In this document: one piece after another, positions 8,949-18,359 of the stretch
Position numbering within the stretch: the stretch's first letter is position 1
How the letters are laid out: each line of letters starts with the position of its first letter
From: Bacteroidales bacterium
GTDB lineage: Bacteria > Bacteroidota > Bacteroidia > Bacteroidales > WCHB1-69
Direction of reading: 5' to 3'
Assembly: GCA_017651425.1 (NCBI GenBank)
Contig: JAGCCZ010000019.1
Location: 336-64,335, forward strand
Length of the DNA stretch: 64,000 nt
Position numbers and translations under genes: made by a program
The notes under the pieces: model-generated
Database searches by the model: none
Seen by the model: the letters and a program-made list of their open reading frames with translations, nothing else
What the model was told of the DNA's origin: nothing

Positions 8949-10876
8949 GAAAAAGTACATTCTTTTCAGTTATCTTGTGCTTTTTGTTGGCAAACATCAC
9001 ATGGGCGCAAACCATCACCCTCACCTTTACAGGTCATGACAACAAAAACGAATATGTCCAGCTGAACCGCGTGGTTGTCACCAATTACACGCAAGGATGG
9101 CAGGAGACCATCTGCTGGCCTGACACCAGCTTGTCAATGGAAAAAACATCAGGCATTGAGGAGTATGTTGAGAACAGGGGTATTGTCCTGTCGCAGAATA
9201 ACCCCAACCCTTTCATCGGCACCACGGACGTGTGTCTCACGATGGCGGATGCCGGGGCGGTGGCGTTGGATATCACCGATATTAACGGACGTGTGGTTTG
9301 GACAATGCGTACCGGTGCCCTGCCGATGGGCTCACATTGTTTCCGTGTGTCTCTTGCCGCTGCGGGGAACTATCTGATGACCGCCCGTCTGAACGGCAGA
9401 ATGTCCTCCATCAAGATGGTGTGCAGTGGTGGAGGGGGCTCCAATGCCATCGAATATGTCGGCGAGACTCAGATGATGGAACAGGATCTGATAACCACAA
9501 TCACCAAAAGAGTCAATGTCAAGGACAAGATGGAATATGTGGGGTATGCCACTATCGACGGCATTGAGGTGGAGAGCCGCCACATAAGGCAGTCGCAGAA
9601 CAGCTCGCAGGCCATCCCGCTGCAGTTTGCCGGACAGCCTGTGTTCAAGAGCAAGAGCCGTGTCCGCTCAAAAGTGAGCAACGAGGATTTCCGCGTTGCG
9701 CTCTCCTTGAGCCCATTCTCCTTGAACCAATTCCAAAAAGGCTACACCTTTGCGATCGGCGACAAGACCGCCACGACTCCTGAAGAGCTGCAGAGCATCT
9801 ATTGGGAACTCGGCTCCACGGAAATGTATGTGCGCATCGCCACCAAACGCCATGTGACAGCTGAGGACATCACCGACGGGGAACCTGACGAGAACGCCAA
9901 TGTCCACACTTTTGATCAGGGGATACACCTTTGTCAGATTGCGGCCGCGTTGGATATCCCCATCAACCCGGAGATCATGTGCGCCTACACCTATATGGAT
10001 ATGGACAAGCAGCAGGCACCGCGTTTTGATGAATATCCGGAGTTCAACTATCTGATGAACGGCAAGGACTGGTCGGAACTCACCCTCGACGAGATCTGCA
10101 CTGTGTTGGAGGCATACGGCGAATTTGTGGCCTCGGCGATTCTCAACACCGGCTGCAAAGTCAACAACTGGAATCTCGGCAATGAGGCCAACTTCGGTTT
10201 TGCCGGCATCAGCATGGGACTGAAAACCGCCGTTGACCCCAAGTTAGAGAAAGCCGGGAACCTCAAGAAATACACTGCTCCGGTGTTTGCGCGCGGCTGG
10301 CTCAAGAAGCATGTGTGGAAGCATGACGCCAAGGCCTACGCTGCTGTCAAACAGGGCATCTTGAATGCATACGCCAAATTGGGTGTCGATGCCACCAATG
10401 TCAAGTTCTCGACGCATGTCGCCACGGTGGTCTTCCCGGCCGGATGCACGGCGAAGTTCTTCAACTTCATGAAAGAGAACGGTTATGAGATGGAGACCGC
10501 TGGCATCAGTTATTATCCCAGCGCCCCGTCCATGTCGCTGAACAAAAAGCAACTTCTGAAGAAAACAGTCAAGAAAGTCAACAAAAAGTGCGACCTTAAT
10601 GTTTTCATCGGCGAGTTCTCCTATCCGTCGGGCAAGATGGATGGTCCTTTCGCGGGATGGAACAAGAAGGTGAGAGGCTATCAGCATGATCAGCAGGGAC
10701 AGGCCGACATTTACGCCGATGTGATTAACTGGGGAAAAGCAAACGGCCTGATCGGCATCCGTTATTGGGCACCTGATTACGAGGGCTGGTATGCCATGTC
10801 TATGTTCGAGTTTTCCAACAACACAGGCACTGCAAAAACCATTCTGCAAAACCATAAGGAGATTGTAGGAGAATAA
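8945..10876 (+). CDS. Secreted glycoside hydrolase, GH53-like (arabinogalactan endo-beta-1,4-galactanase family), with an N-terminal T9SS-CTD-like beta-sandwich
   Basis: 643 aa with signal peptide MRKSTFFSVILCFLLANITWAQ. NLGNEANFG, GISYYPSAP, FIGEFSYPSG and IRYWAPDY follow the GNE / SYYP / E..YP / YW.P order of GH53 catalytic domains. Residues ~80-165 (NNPNPFIGTTDV...GNYLMTARLNGRMSSIKMV) look like a Por-secretion-tail fold. The start ATG overlaps the AraC stop (ATGA). Confidence 0.55.
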   Translation: MRKSTFFSVILCFLLANITWAQTITLTFTGHDNKNEYVQLNRVVVTNYTQGWQETICWPDTSLSMEKTSGIEEYVENRGIVLSQNNPNPFIGTTDVCLTMADAGAVALDITDINGRVVWTMRTGALPMGSHCFRVSLAAAGNYLMTARLNGRMSSIKMVCSGGGGSNAIEYVGETQMMEQDLITTITKRVNVKDKMEYVGYATIDGIEVESRHIRQSQNSSQAIPLQFAGQPVFKSKSRVRSKVSNEDFRVALSLSPFSLNQFQKGYTFAIGDKTATTPEELQSIYWELGSTEMYVRIATKRHVTAEDITDGEPDENANVHTFDQGIHLCQIAAALDIPINPEIMCAYTYMDMDKQQAPRFDEYPEFNYLMNGKDWSELTLDEICTVLEAYGEFVASAILNTGCKVNNWNLGNEANFGFAGISMGLKTAVDPKLEKAGNLKKYTAPVFARGWLKKHVWKHDAKAYAAVKQGILNAYAKLGVDATNVKFSTHVATVVFPAGCTAKFFNFMKENGYEMETAGISYYPSAPSMSLNKKQLLKKTVKKVNKKCDLNVFIGEFSYPSGKMDGPFAGWNKKVRGYQHDQQGQADIYADVINWGKANGLIGIRYWAPDYEGWYAMSMFEFSNNTGTAKTILQNHKEIVGE

Positions 10877-10948
10877 TCTCTGACCACGAAGACCACATGG
10901 GGGGAGGCAATATTTTTGTATTTTTGCGTCCACAAAAAATACAAAAAT

Positions 10949-11569
10949 ATGAGCAACCCCCTTTTCAACATCCAATACGGCCTGTTCGTCGTCACAACGT
11001 GTGACGGCGGCCGCGACAACGGCTGTATCAGCAACACTGTCGCACAGGTGGCGATGCAGCCCGACCGCATCTCTGTGGCTCTCAATAAAGGCAACCTGAC
11101 CACCGAACTTATCCAACGTTCGCGCCGCTTCACGGCCTCCATCCTCAGTGAGGCCGCCGACTTCGAACTGTTCAAGCATTTCGGGTTCCAGAGCGGGCGC
11201 GAGGTGGATAAGTTCGCCGACTTCAAGGACTGCCGCCGTGTCGGCAACGGCACTTTGGCCGTCACGCGCGGCACCAACACCTTCCTCTCTGTCGATGTGG
11301 AGCAGGTTGTGGACCTCGGTTCGCATGTCCTCTTCATCGGACCCGTCACCGAGATGGAGGTGCTTTCCGATGTGCCCTCCGCCACCTACAGCTACTATCA
11401 GGAGCATATCAAGCCGACGCCCGAACCTGTGGGCCAGACTGCCGAAGGCAAGACTATCTGGCGCTGCGTCATCTGCGGTTACGAATATGAGGGCGAGGAG
11501 TTGCCCGCCGACTTTGTCTGTCCCCTCTGCAAGCATCCTGCCTCGGATTTTGAAAAGATCAGCCGTTAG
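10949..11569 (+). CDS. Flavin reductase-like domain fused to a C-terminal rubredoxin (high-molecular-weight rubredoxin type)
   Basis: Start chosen at MSNPLFNIQYGLFVVTT (the track ORF starts at 10916). The C-terminal WRCVICGYEYEG...FVCPLCKHPASDF carries two CxxC pairs, as in rubredoxin. Confidence 0.75.
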   Translation: MSNPLFNIQYGLFVVTTCDGGRDNGCISNTVAQVAMQPDRISVALNKGNLTTELIQRSRRFTASILSEAADFELFKHFGFQSGREVDKFADFKDCRRVGNGTLAVTRGTNTFLSVDVEQVVDLGSHVLFIGPVTEMEVLSDVPSATYSYYQEHIKPTPEPVGQTAEGKTIWRCVICGYEYEGEELPADFVCPLCKHPASDFEKISR

Positions 11570-11649
11570 CCTGCGTTAATGCAGGTAAAAACACTATTTT
11601 GCTGTTCAAAATTATTTTAGTATTTTTGCAGGTTAAAAATAATGAAAAT

Positions 11650-11859
11650 ATGGCAACATTAACAATAACTTATGATGGGCGCAGTAAGGTGGCGCAGAGT
11701 GTTGTGGCGTTGATACGCTCGTTAGGAAACGTGTTCCACATTTCGCAGTCTCAAGAAGAGGCGAAAGATCGCGAGTGGACGGCTGAAGAGGAAAGACAAG
11801 CTTTCCTCTGTACATCAAGAAATAATATGGTCCGCTGGTTGAGCGAAAACGAAATCTAA
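11650..11859 (+). CDS. Putative antitoxin partner of the MazF/PemK-like toxin
   Basis: 69 aa from ATG 11650 (MATLTITYDGRSK...), ending 6 nt before the toxin gene. I recognise no family. The call rests on size and position only. Confidence 0.4.
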   Translation: MATLTITYDGRSKVAQSVVALIRSLGNVFHISQSQEEAKDREWTAEEERQAFLCTSRNNMVRWLSENEI

Positions 11860-11865
11860 CATCCT

Positions 11866-12198
11866 ATGAAATGCGAACAGCGTGACGTCGTTGAGGTCAA
11901 TTTCATGTTTCCTGATGGTTCATTCAAACCTCATCCAGCGTTAATTATTTCAAATAATGAACTGCAGGAAAACGAGGGATATATCTATTTGTGCATGATT
12001 TCGTCGAAAGATTATAATCCGCAATACAGTTTCACCCTTTCCGACGAGATGCTGACAAAGCCATTAAGCAAACAAAGCTACGTGAAATGCCAGCTGATAA
12101 TGGGAGACATAGAACGCGATGTGGTACGTAAAATCAGCCGTATCAAGCAACCCTATTTCGACCAGATTGTAGAGAAAATAAAGGTGTCGATTTTTTAA
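11866..12198 (+). CDS. Type II toxin, PemK/MazF-like endoribonuclease family
   Basis: 110 aa. The N-terminal RDVVEVNFMFPDGSFKPHPALIIS resembles the GD(I/V)xxVxF...KxRPxxVIS signature of MazF/PemK. Confidence 0.65.
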   Translation: MKCEQRDVVEVNFMFPDGSFKPHPALIISNNELQENEGYIYLCMISSKDYNPQYSFTLSDEMLTKPLSKQSYVKCQLIMGDIERDVVRKISRIKQPYFDQIVEKIKVSIF

Positions 12199-12299
12199 AC
12201 ACTTCGCAGCAGCGTATTATATACAATGACGAAAAGGGGTTGCATTGTTTTTAGTATGGTGGAGTCATAGTTGTTTTTTTGCATGTTTTTAGATATAAT

Positions 12300-13508
12300 A
12301 TGAAGAGACTCTCCCTTACCGCTCAAATTGGCATCGCCTTGCTGCTGGCGGTGGCCGCCGGCATACTGCTGCGCCATCAAGCCGACTTCGTCGATACGTA
12401 TATCAAGCCTTTTGGCATTATCTTCCTGAACTTGCTGAAGTTTATCGTGGCTCCGCTGGTGCTTTTCTCCATCATGGCGGGCATCCTTTCGATGAACGAC
12501 ATCTCGAAAGTGGGCAAGCTGGGACTCCGGGCACTGCTCTATTTCATGACAACCACCCTTTTCGCGGTGACGTTGGGACTGATAGTGCCCAGCTTGTTGA
12601 AGGGCATGCTGCCGGTCATCAACATTGATTTGGACACTGAGACGCCCCCTGTGGAAACATCCAACGTTTCGGTGATGGACCAGCTGGTCAACATATTTCC
12701 GGAGAACATCATTGAACCGTTGAGTTCGATGGCGATGATGCAGGTTATCGTGATCGCCCTGCTCTTCGGCATCGCCATGGTCCATGTGGGTGAGAAGGGC
12801 GAGATGGCCCGCAAGGTGACCCTCAGCTTCAACGATGTGGTGTGCAAGATTCTGGAGTACATCATGGCATTGGCTCCCATCGGCGTGTTCTGCATGCTCA
12901 CGCCTGTGGTGGTCGATAACGGTCCGGCGGTGTTGGGCTCCTACGCAGCGCTGTTGGCGTTAGCCTACCTCTGCTTTGTGGTTCACGCCGGAGTGGTCTA
13001 TTCATCTGCGGTGGCGCTGTTGGGAAGAATGTCGCCGCTGAAGTTCTTCAAGGGGATGCAGCCGGCCATGCTGTTCGCCTTCTCCAGCGACTCGTCGGTG
13101 GCCACGCTGCCTTACACGATGCAGTGTACGGAAAAGATGGGTGTCAGCAAGGATATCGGCAGTTTCGTGCTCTCTTTGGGCGCCACCATCAATATGGACG
13201 GAGTGGCCATCTATCTCGGCGTGGCTTCCGTCTTCATGGCGACCTGCTGCGGCATTGACCTCACCATGAGCCAGTACATAGCCATCGCTTTCGCCTCCAC
13301 GGTAGCCTCCATCGGCACCCCAGGTATCCCGGGCGGCAGCTTGGCGTTGATGGCGATGGTGTTCGCCTCGGCGGGCATCCCGGTCGAGTGCGTGGCGGTG
13401 GCCGCCGGCATCGACCGCCTCATCGACATGGGCCGCACTGTCATGTCGGTCACCGGCGACGCCTCCTGTGCGGTGGTGATGCAGCGGATGGTGGGGAAGA
13501 AGTTGTGA
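12300..13508 (+). CDS. Dicarboxylate/amino acid:cation symporter (DAACS/SDF family)
   Basis: Polytopic membrane protein. The SSDSSVATLP and GATINMDG motifs are characteristic of GltP/SstT-type carriers. Start chosen at MKRLSLTAQ. Confidence 0.85.
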   Translation: MKRLSLTAQIGIALLLAVAAGILLRHQADFVDTYIKPFGIIFLNLLKFIVAPLVLFSIMAGILSMNDISKVGKLGLRALLYFMTTTLFAVTLGLIVPSLLKGMLPVINIDLDTETPPVETSNVSVMDQLVNIFPENIIEPLSSMAMMQVIVIALLFGIAMVHVGEKGEMARKVTLSFNDVVCKILEYIMALAPIGVFCMLTPVVVDNGPAVLGSYAALLALAYLCFVVHAGVVYSSAVALLGRMSPLKFFKGMQPAMLFAFSSDSSVATLPYTMQCTEKMGVSKDIGSFVLSLGATINMDGVAIYLGVASVFMATCCGIDLTMSQYIAIAFASTVASIGTPGIPGGSLALMAMVFASAGIPVECVAVAAGIDRLIDMGRTVMSVTGDASCAVVMQRMVGKKL

Positions 13509-13551
13509 TAATTTCAAGAAAAATCATAAAGAACCGAAACCCAAAGTAAGT

Positions 13552-14007
13552 ATGGAAGCAAACGAATACATCAAGAAACTAAAACTGGAACCCCATCCGG
13601 AAGGAGGCTATTACCGCCAGTTGTTCGGCAACGACGAGACGGGAGAAAAGCCCGTCTCCACCATCTATTACATGCTGACTGCCAACGACATGTCGGCGTT
13701 CCATCGCCTGCACAATATGGTGGAAATCTGGTATTTTCACGCGGGCGAACCGCTCAACATCTATGTGATTGATCCCGACGGAACCTTGACTGTCCATCAG
13801 CTTTCTGAACAAAGTGAGATGCAGGTGGTCATCCAGCCGGAGCAATGGTTCGCCGCCGACATCCCCTCCAAGCGCAGCTTCTGCCTCGTTGGTTGCGCCG
13901 TCGGTCCCGCCTTCCGTTTCGAGAACTTCGAGTTGGCAAAGAAGGAAGAGTTGCTGAAGCTGTACCCGCAGCACGGGGCGTTGATTGAACGGATGTGTAA
14001 AGAATAA
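13552..14007 (+). CDS. Cupin superfamily protein (DUF985-like), copy 1
   Basis: 151 aa. LEPHPEGGYYRQLF and WYFHAGEPL are typical of DUF985 cupins. 138 of 151 residues are identical to ORF 50614..51069 by my count. Confidence 0.75.
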   Translation: MEANEYIKKLKLEPHPEGGYYRQLFGNDETGEKPVSTIYYMLTANDMSAFHRLHNMVEIWYFHAGEPLNIYVIDPDGTLTVHQLSEQSEMQVVIQPEQWFAADIPSKRSFCLVGCAVGPAFRFENFELAKKEELLKLYPQHGALIERMCKE

Positions 14008-14046
14008 GAAGACCGCAAGAAAAATCACAAAAAAGACACGAACCCT

Positions 14047-14865
14047 ATGACAGAAAAGGCACGCACAACACTCTTCGGAATCCTGAAACTGATTCCCTTT
14101 GCTATTATCACGGCTTTGGACGTCTTGATATGGTATGACGATTATTTTGCTTTTGTCATAGCTTTTGCTCTTTTTTGGCTAACGTATCCCGCTCTCATCC
14201 TTGCTTTTGTGTTCTTTTTCACAAGCATACGTTGTCGAAACAAATGGGAATTGGCTACGGTCATTTGGGGTGCAGTCGATGTTCTGCTCATCGTTGTTTT
14301 CTTTCTGACTCGGCCCACTGTTGAAAGATGCGACCCTGATATCATGGCTGCGAACTACGAGAAACACCACACGGAGATGGAAGAATTAAGAGAATATCTA
14401 CATGAAGCACTTGAAGACAGTTGTGAAATAAAGTTGTTTTTTGAAGGGGAACAAATGGAGCAGTTCTATGTTGGGAATTATTACGGCAGTGACAATTATT
14501 ACAAAGGAGAAGCCCAATCTCGTTTAGACTCGATGATGGCTGTCGCAGGACTTTCACAAGAGGAATACGCAAGTGTCGAGCAACGTTTGGAGTCAATGCA
14601 TTGCAATGGGGTCACATACAATCAATATACGCCTGACCGGATAAACATTCGTTTCCGTAGCGACAGATGGGGGGACTACCAATACAACATAGATGCTTAT
14701 CCTATAACAGACAAAGAAAAGGAAAATGTGATGAAGAACAACCTTTTTATCCCATACAACGAGTATTGCATGTTTGTTTATGACGGAAGTGCGGGAGCAT
14801 TCGATTCTGGAGGGTTCAGCGAAAGTGAAAAACGCCGATTCTTAAGGAAGCACAAGCCGTGGTAA
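14047..14865 (+). CDS. Membrane protein of unknown function, paralogue family member 1 (3 TM plus a ~170-aa soluble domain)
   Basis: 272 aa. Shares RTTLFGILKLIPFAI, SIRCRNKWELATVIWGA, HHTEME and the C-terminal FLRKHKPW with ORFs 16385..17191 and 51109..51924. Confidence 0.6.
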   Translation: MTEKARTTLFGILKLIPFAIITALDVLIWYDDYFAFVIAFALFWLTYPALILAFVFFFTSIRCRNKWELATVIWGAVDVLLIVVFFLTRPTVERCDPDIMAANYEKHHTEMEELREYLHEALEDSCEIKLFFEGEQMEQFYVGNYYGSDNYYKGEAQSRLDSMMAVAGLSQEEYASVEQRLESMHCNGVTYNQYTPDRINIRFRSDRWGDYQYNIDAYPITDKEKENVMKNNLFIPYNEYCMFVYDGSAGAFDSGGFSESEKRRFLRKHKPW

Positions 14866-14978
14866 AAGGTATTACCGCTATGATGTTGTTAATTGCACTG
14901 CGTGCGTGACGCCTTCCGAGGTGACGCAATACACAACTGGCAAACAAGTTCATAAGGCGAAAAAATGATTGAAATTTT

Positions 14979-14998
14979 TGTCAACAAATCAGTTGACA
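14979..14998. promoter_or_regulatory. Candidate operator: 7-bp inverted repeat upstream of the XRE-family gene
   Basis: TGTCAAC-aaatca-GTTGACA sits immediately upstream of the -7 box at 15006-15013 and 38 nt from the ATG at 15036. Confidence 0.4.
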
Positions 14999-15035
14999 TT
15001 TTTTGTATTTTTGCGCGGTCGTTTTGCGATGAATT

Positions 15036-15593
15036 ATGAAAGAACGTTTAGGACAATATATCAACAAGTTGATGGTTCGGGACCATTACAACCAATCCGC
15101 ACTGGCGAGGGAGTTAGGCGTTTCCCGCCAGATGTTGAGCAACATTGTGCTTGACCAAAAGGAGGTGTCGCTTCCGCTTTCGCTGAAGATCGAATCGCTG
15201 TTTTCGCTTCCCGAAGGCACCATCCTGAGAATCCAAAACGACTACAAAATCCATCAATATAAAGAGCTGATTCGTAAGGATCTGTTCAAAAAACTGATGC
15301 AAGCACACGTTTTTTGGTCATACAGTGAGGTGACTGTGGAAACACTTCCTGACGAGTTGCTGATTGAGAAGGTTTTTGTACATCTCGACATGACCGATAT
15401 TGACAAACTGTTCGAACTGTTTCCAAAGAAATTCGTTCAAAAGGTCTGGCGAGAAAACATGGCCATTCAAGGGGAATATCTTTTTGACCTGAATGTGATG
15501 ATAGCGCTTTACTTCTTCCATATACGGAAGCCTGAAGCATATCTCCATCGTCAGGAAACGTTACATCTAAAAAAACTAGCCCGAACCTCATGA
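15036..15593 (+). CDS. XRE-family helix-turn-helix protein with an uncharacterised C-terminal domain
   Basis: 185 aa. The N-terminal QSALARELGVSRQMLSNIV is a Cro/C1-type HTH. A -7 box TATTTTTG lies at 15006-15013. Confidence 0.7.
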   Translation: MKERLGQYINKLMVRDHYNQSALARELGVSRQMLSNIVLDQKEVSLPLSLKIESLFSLPEGTILRIQNDYKIHQYKELIRKDLFKKLMQAHVFWSYSEVTVETLPDELLIEKVFVHLDMTDIDKLFELFPKKFVQKVWRENMAIQGEYLFDLNVMIALYFFHIRKPEAYLHRQETLHLKKLARTS

Positions 15594-15770
15594 TTATGCT
15601 TTCAAGCAGCTGAATCCCCAAGGATGCAAACTTTGCGCAAATGAGCCCAGTATATGATGTCCCAATTGAAACGATGCGGGAATTTCTTGTGAAGCATTTG
15701 AATGGGTGATCACTTTTTATGAAACATTTTAGTACTTTTGCCATTTAAAAATGGATGAAAATATTGCAAC

Positions 15771-16337
15771 ATGGGATTCAATAGAAAAGAAGGCAAACCT
15801 CCGCTTTACCGAAAGGTGAACAAGCGAACGCACAATGGATGGTCATGGTATCAATTCAGCCATAATCGTTACAGATACGAACGAGGCAAAAAGCAGGATG
15901 TTTTGACTGAAAGATTGCCAATCAAACGATGTGATTCCACATTTAGGACAGGATATGATTATACGCCACTGATTAAGTTCCTTCATGCGCACGTTGGTCA
16001 GCCATGGGACGAGGTCTATCAGGAATGCGTTCCCCGGTTGGACAGTCCCAAACCAATAACATGGATGGTGGTGAATATCAACGAACGAGGGCTTGTGGTG
16101 AATAGAAACCCCAATGGAGAGATGAGTGCATGGTGTTGTGTGGGTGGTGAAGAAAGTTATTGGTCTGCTTTGTGGGTGGACGACGATGGACTTTTGCAGT
16201 TTGTAAACCCTGACTATTCGTGGATTGAGGCAAACCGGGATCACGTGGATGAGTTCTATTCTGGCGAATGGACGATCTCATGGAACGGAAAAGTGGTATG
16301 GCCGGAGAGCGCGGTGAAGCCGGAAAAGGGTGTTTGA
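15771..16337 (+). CDS. Hypothetical protein
   Basis: 188-aa ORF preceded by TACTTTTG about 20 nt upstream. I recognise no family. Confidence 0.45.
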   Translation: MGFNRKEGKPPLYRKVNKRTHNGWSWYQFSHNRYRYERGKKQDVLTERLPIKRCDSTFRTGYDYTPLIKFLHAHVGQPWDEVYQECVPRLDSPKPITWMVVNINERGLVVNRNPNGEMSAWCCVGGEESYWSALWVDDDGLLQFVNPDYSWIEANRDHVDEFYSGEWTISWNGKVVWPESAVKPEKGV

Positions 16338-16384
16338 AAACAGCTTGTATCTTTGCAAACGAAATTTGTCGAAAATAGATAGAT

Positions 16385-17191
16385 ATGAACGAACGCTCTC
16401 GCACAACACTCTTTGGCATTCTGAAACTGATTCCTTTCGCCATCGTCACAGCCATCATTATTTCAATTTGGATAGGCAAAGATATAGGCTTTTTCGTTTT
16501 TGTTTTCTTTTGGTGGCTTTGGATACCTGCTCTTATTATCAGCATTGTGTTGTTTTTCGCAAGCATCCGTTGTCGTAACAAATGGGAGTTGGCTACGGTC
16601 ATCTGGGGTGCGGTCAATGTATTGCTTTTGGCTGTTTTCTTTATGTTGCCAGGCCAAAAGTGCAATCCAGATGTTATGGCAACACATTATGACGAGCATC
16701 ACACTGAAATGGAAGACCTTCACCGATACGTTCAATCCGCCATCGCCGACAGCTGTGATATCACATTGGAATTCAATGGAAATAAACTTGAGAGATTCTA
16801 TGTGAAAGGCCCGGACAAGCGTTATCTGCCATATAGTGGCAAAAAGGCTGAACAGAATAAAGACTCGCTGATGACCATTGTACGGCTGTCTCAAGAGGAA
16901 TACGACAACATTTGTGAACAGTTGAAAGATATGGGGTGCATTGGCATTGATTATTCTCAATCCACCCCCGAACGGCTGATGATTTGGTTCAGACGTGTAG
17001 GTTGGGGACTATATTGCTACACTCTCCTCGACCGTCCGATGACCGATGAAGAGAAAGCGTCAGCGATGAATGGGGTGGTGATCCCCTACAATGACCACTG
17101 CTATTTCAACTACTACGGTGGGGCCGTCGGCCAGGAGACATTCCCTGAAAAAGTAAGAGAAGATTTCTTAAGGAAGCACAAGCCGTGGTAA
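16385..17191 (+). CDS. Membrane protein of unknown function, paralogue family member 2
   Basis: 268 aa. Clear paralogue of 14047..14865 and, more closely, of 51109..51924. Confidence 0.6.
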   Translation: MNERSRTTLFGILKLIPFAIVTAIIISIWIGKDIGFFVFVFFWWLWIPALIISIVLFFASIRCRNKWELATVIWGAVNVLLLAVFFMLPGQKCNPDVMATHYDEHHTEMEDLHRYVQSAIADSCDITLEFNGNKLERFYVKGPDKRYLPYSGKKAEQNKDSLMTIVRLSQEEYDNICEQLKDMGCIGIDYSQSTPERLMIWFRRVGWGLYCYTLLDRPMTDEEKASAMNGVVIPYNDHCYFNYYGGAVGQETFPEKVREDFLRKHKPW

Positions 17192-17246
17192 TAGAATCAT
17201 CAAAATCAAAGTAATACGTTATACAACAATATTAAAACAACTGACT

Positions 17247-17789
17247 ATGATCGACCAAATTATCGAATACAACAAGACATTCGTGGCGCAGAAGGGCTAC
17301 GAGAAGTATCTAACTGACAAGTATCCCGACAAAAAGTTGGCGGTGCTATCGTGTATGGACACGCGGCTGACGGAGCTGCTGCCCGCCGCACTTGGATTGA
17401 AGAACGGCGACGCGAAGATTATCAAAAATGCAGGAGGACTGGTAATCTCCGCTTTCGACTCCGCCATGCGCAGCCTGATTGTCGCCATTTACGAATTGGG
17501 CGTGCAGGAAATCATGGTGGTGGCGCACTCACACTGCGGCGCCTGCCACATGAGCTACGACCACTTCCACCATGAGATGATTGCCCGCGGTGTGACGGAC
17601 GAGACCCTCGACACTATCCGCAAGTGCGGCATCAACCTTGACCACTGGTTAGAGGGTTTCAAGGACACCCCGACCTCCGTCCGAAAAACCGTGGAGACTA
17701 TCCGCACCCACCCGCTCGTTCCAAAGGACATCGTGGTACGAGGGTTCATCATTGATTCGGAAACGGGAGCGTTGGAGGAGATAGGATGA
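17247..17789 (+). CDS. Beta-class carbonic anhydrase
   Basis: 180 aa. SCMDTRL and AHSHCGA provide the Cys-Asp-Arg / His-x-x-Cys zinc ligand pattern. Confidence 0.85.
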   Translation: MIDQIIEYNKTFVAQKGYEKYLTDKYPDKKLAVLSCMDTRLTELLPAALGLKNGDAKIIKNAGGLVISAFDSAMRSLIVAIYELGVQEIMVVAHSHCGACHMSYDHFHHEMIARGVTDETLDTIRKCGINLDHWLEGFKDTPTSVRKTVETIRTHPLVPKDIVVRGFIIDSETGALEEIG

Positions 17790-17858
17790 TTCGTTCGAGA
17801 ACGTGGGTTGAATATGTTACAACATTCTAAAATTCAACGTGTTTTGTGTTTTTATAAT

Positions 17859-18359
17859 ATGAAGTGTTTTTCAACAAAATTGGTGTTTTGTGCAGCCCTG
17901 CTAGTCTTCGGGTTGACGGCCTGCAAAAACGGCAATGTTAATGGCCCTGATGTTGGCATTGCGGTGCTGTCCGACACCTCTACGATAAAACACAGTTGGG
18001 CTAAAGACATTTCCGTTGATGGCAGCTGTCTGACTTATGTGATATTCTTTTGGTCAGATGATTTTACAGAACGCACCGTACAAGAGTTGGAATCATCTGG
18101 TGATACCGTTGGCTTGGACAATTTCTACACAGCTGCGGATGATATGCAGTGGTATATGGCAATATGCAGAGATCGGTTGGAGGAATTGAAGGCGAAATAC
18201 TATGAAACAGATGCCAGCAATGCGGTTTACTATCCCGGCGGAGTTTTCCGTACTACGAAAGACTCGGATTGTGGGGTGCTCATCCTTGAACCTGGAAAGA
18301 ATCCTGTCTTTTTGGAATATCTCGAATTTCTCGGATCTGTCGGATGGACCGGCGAGTAG
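17859..18359 (+). CDS. Lipoprotein, hypothetical
   Basis: Start chosen at MKCFSTKLVFCAALLVFGLTACKNG (lipobox LTAC). The track ORF starts at a TTG at 17808. Confidence 0.5.
   Translation: MKCFSTKLVFCAALLVFGLTACKNGNVNGPDVGIAVLSDTSTIKHSWAKDISVDGSCLTYVIFFWSDDFTERTVQELESSGDTVGLDNFYTAADDMQWYMAICRDRLEELKAKYYETDASNAVYYPGGVFRTTKDSDCGVLILEPGKNPVFLEYLEFLGSVGWTGE

Larger units (their letters stand above)
13552..14865 (+). repeat. Segmental duplication, copy 1 (cupin gene plus TM-protein gene)
   Basis: The same two-gene module with the same 39-nt spacer organisation (gaagaccgcaagaaaaatc...) occurs at 50614-51924. Nucleotide similarity is obvious by eye across the cupin gene, the spacer and the 5' part of the TM gene. 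Confidence 0.85.
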
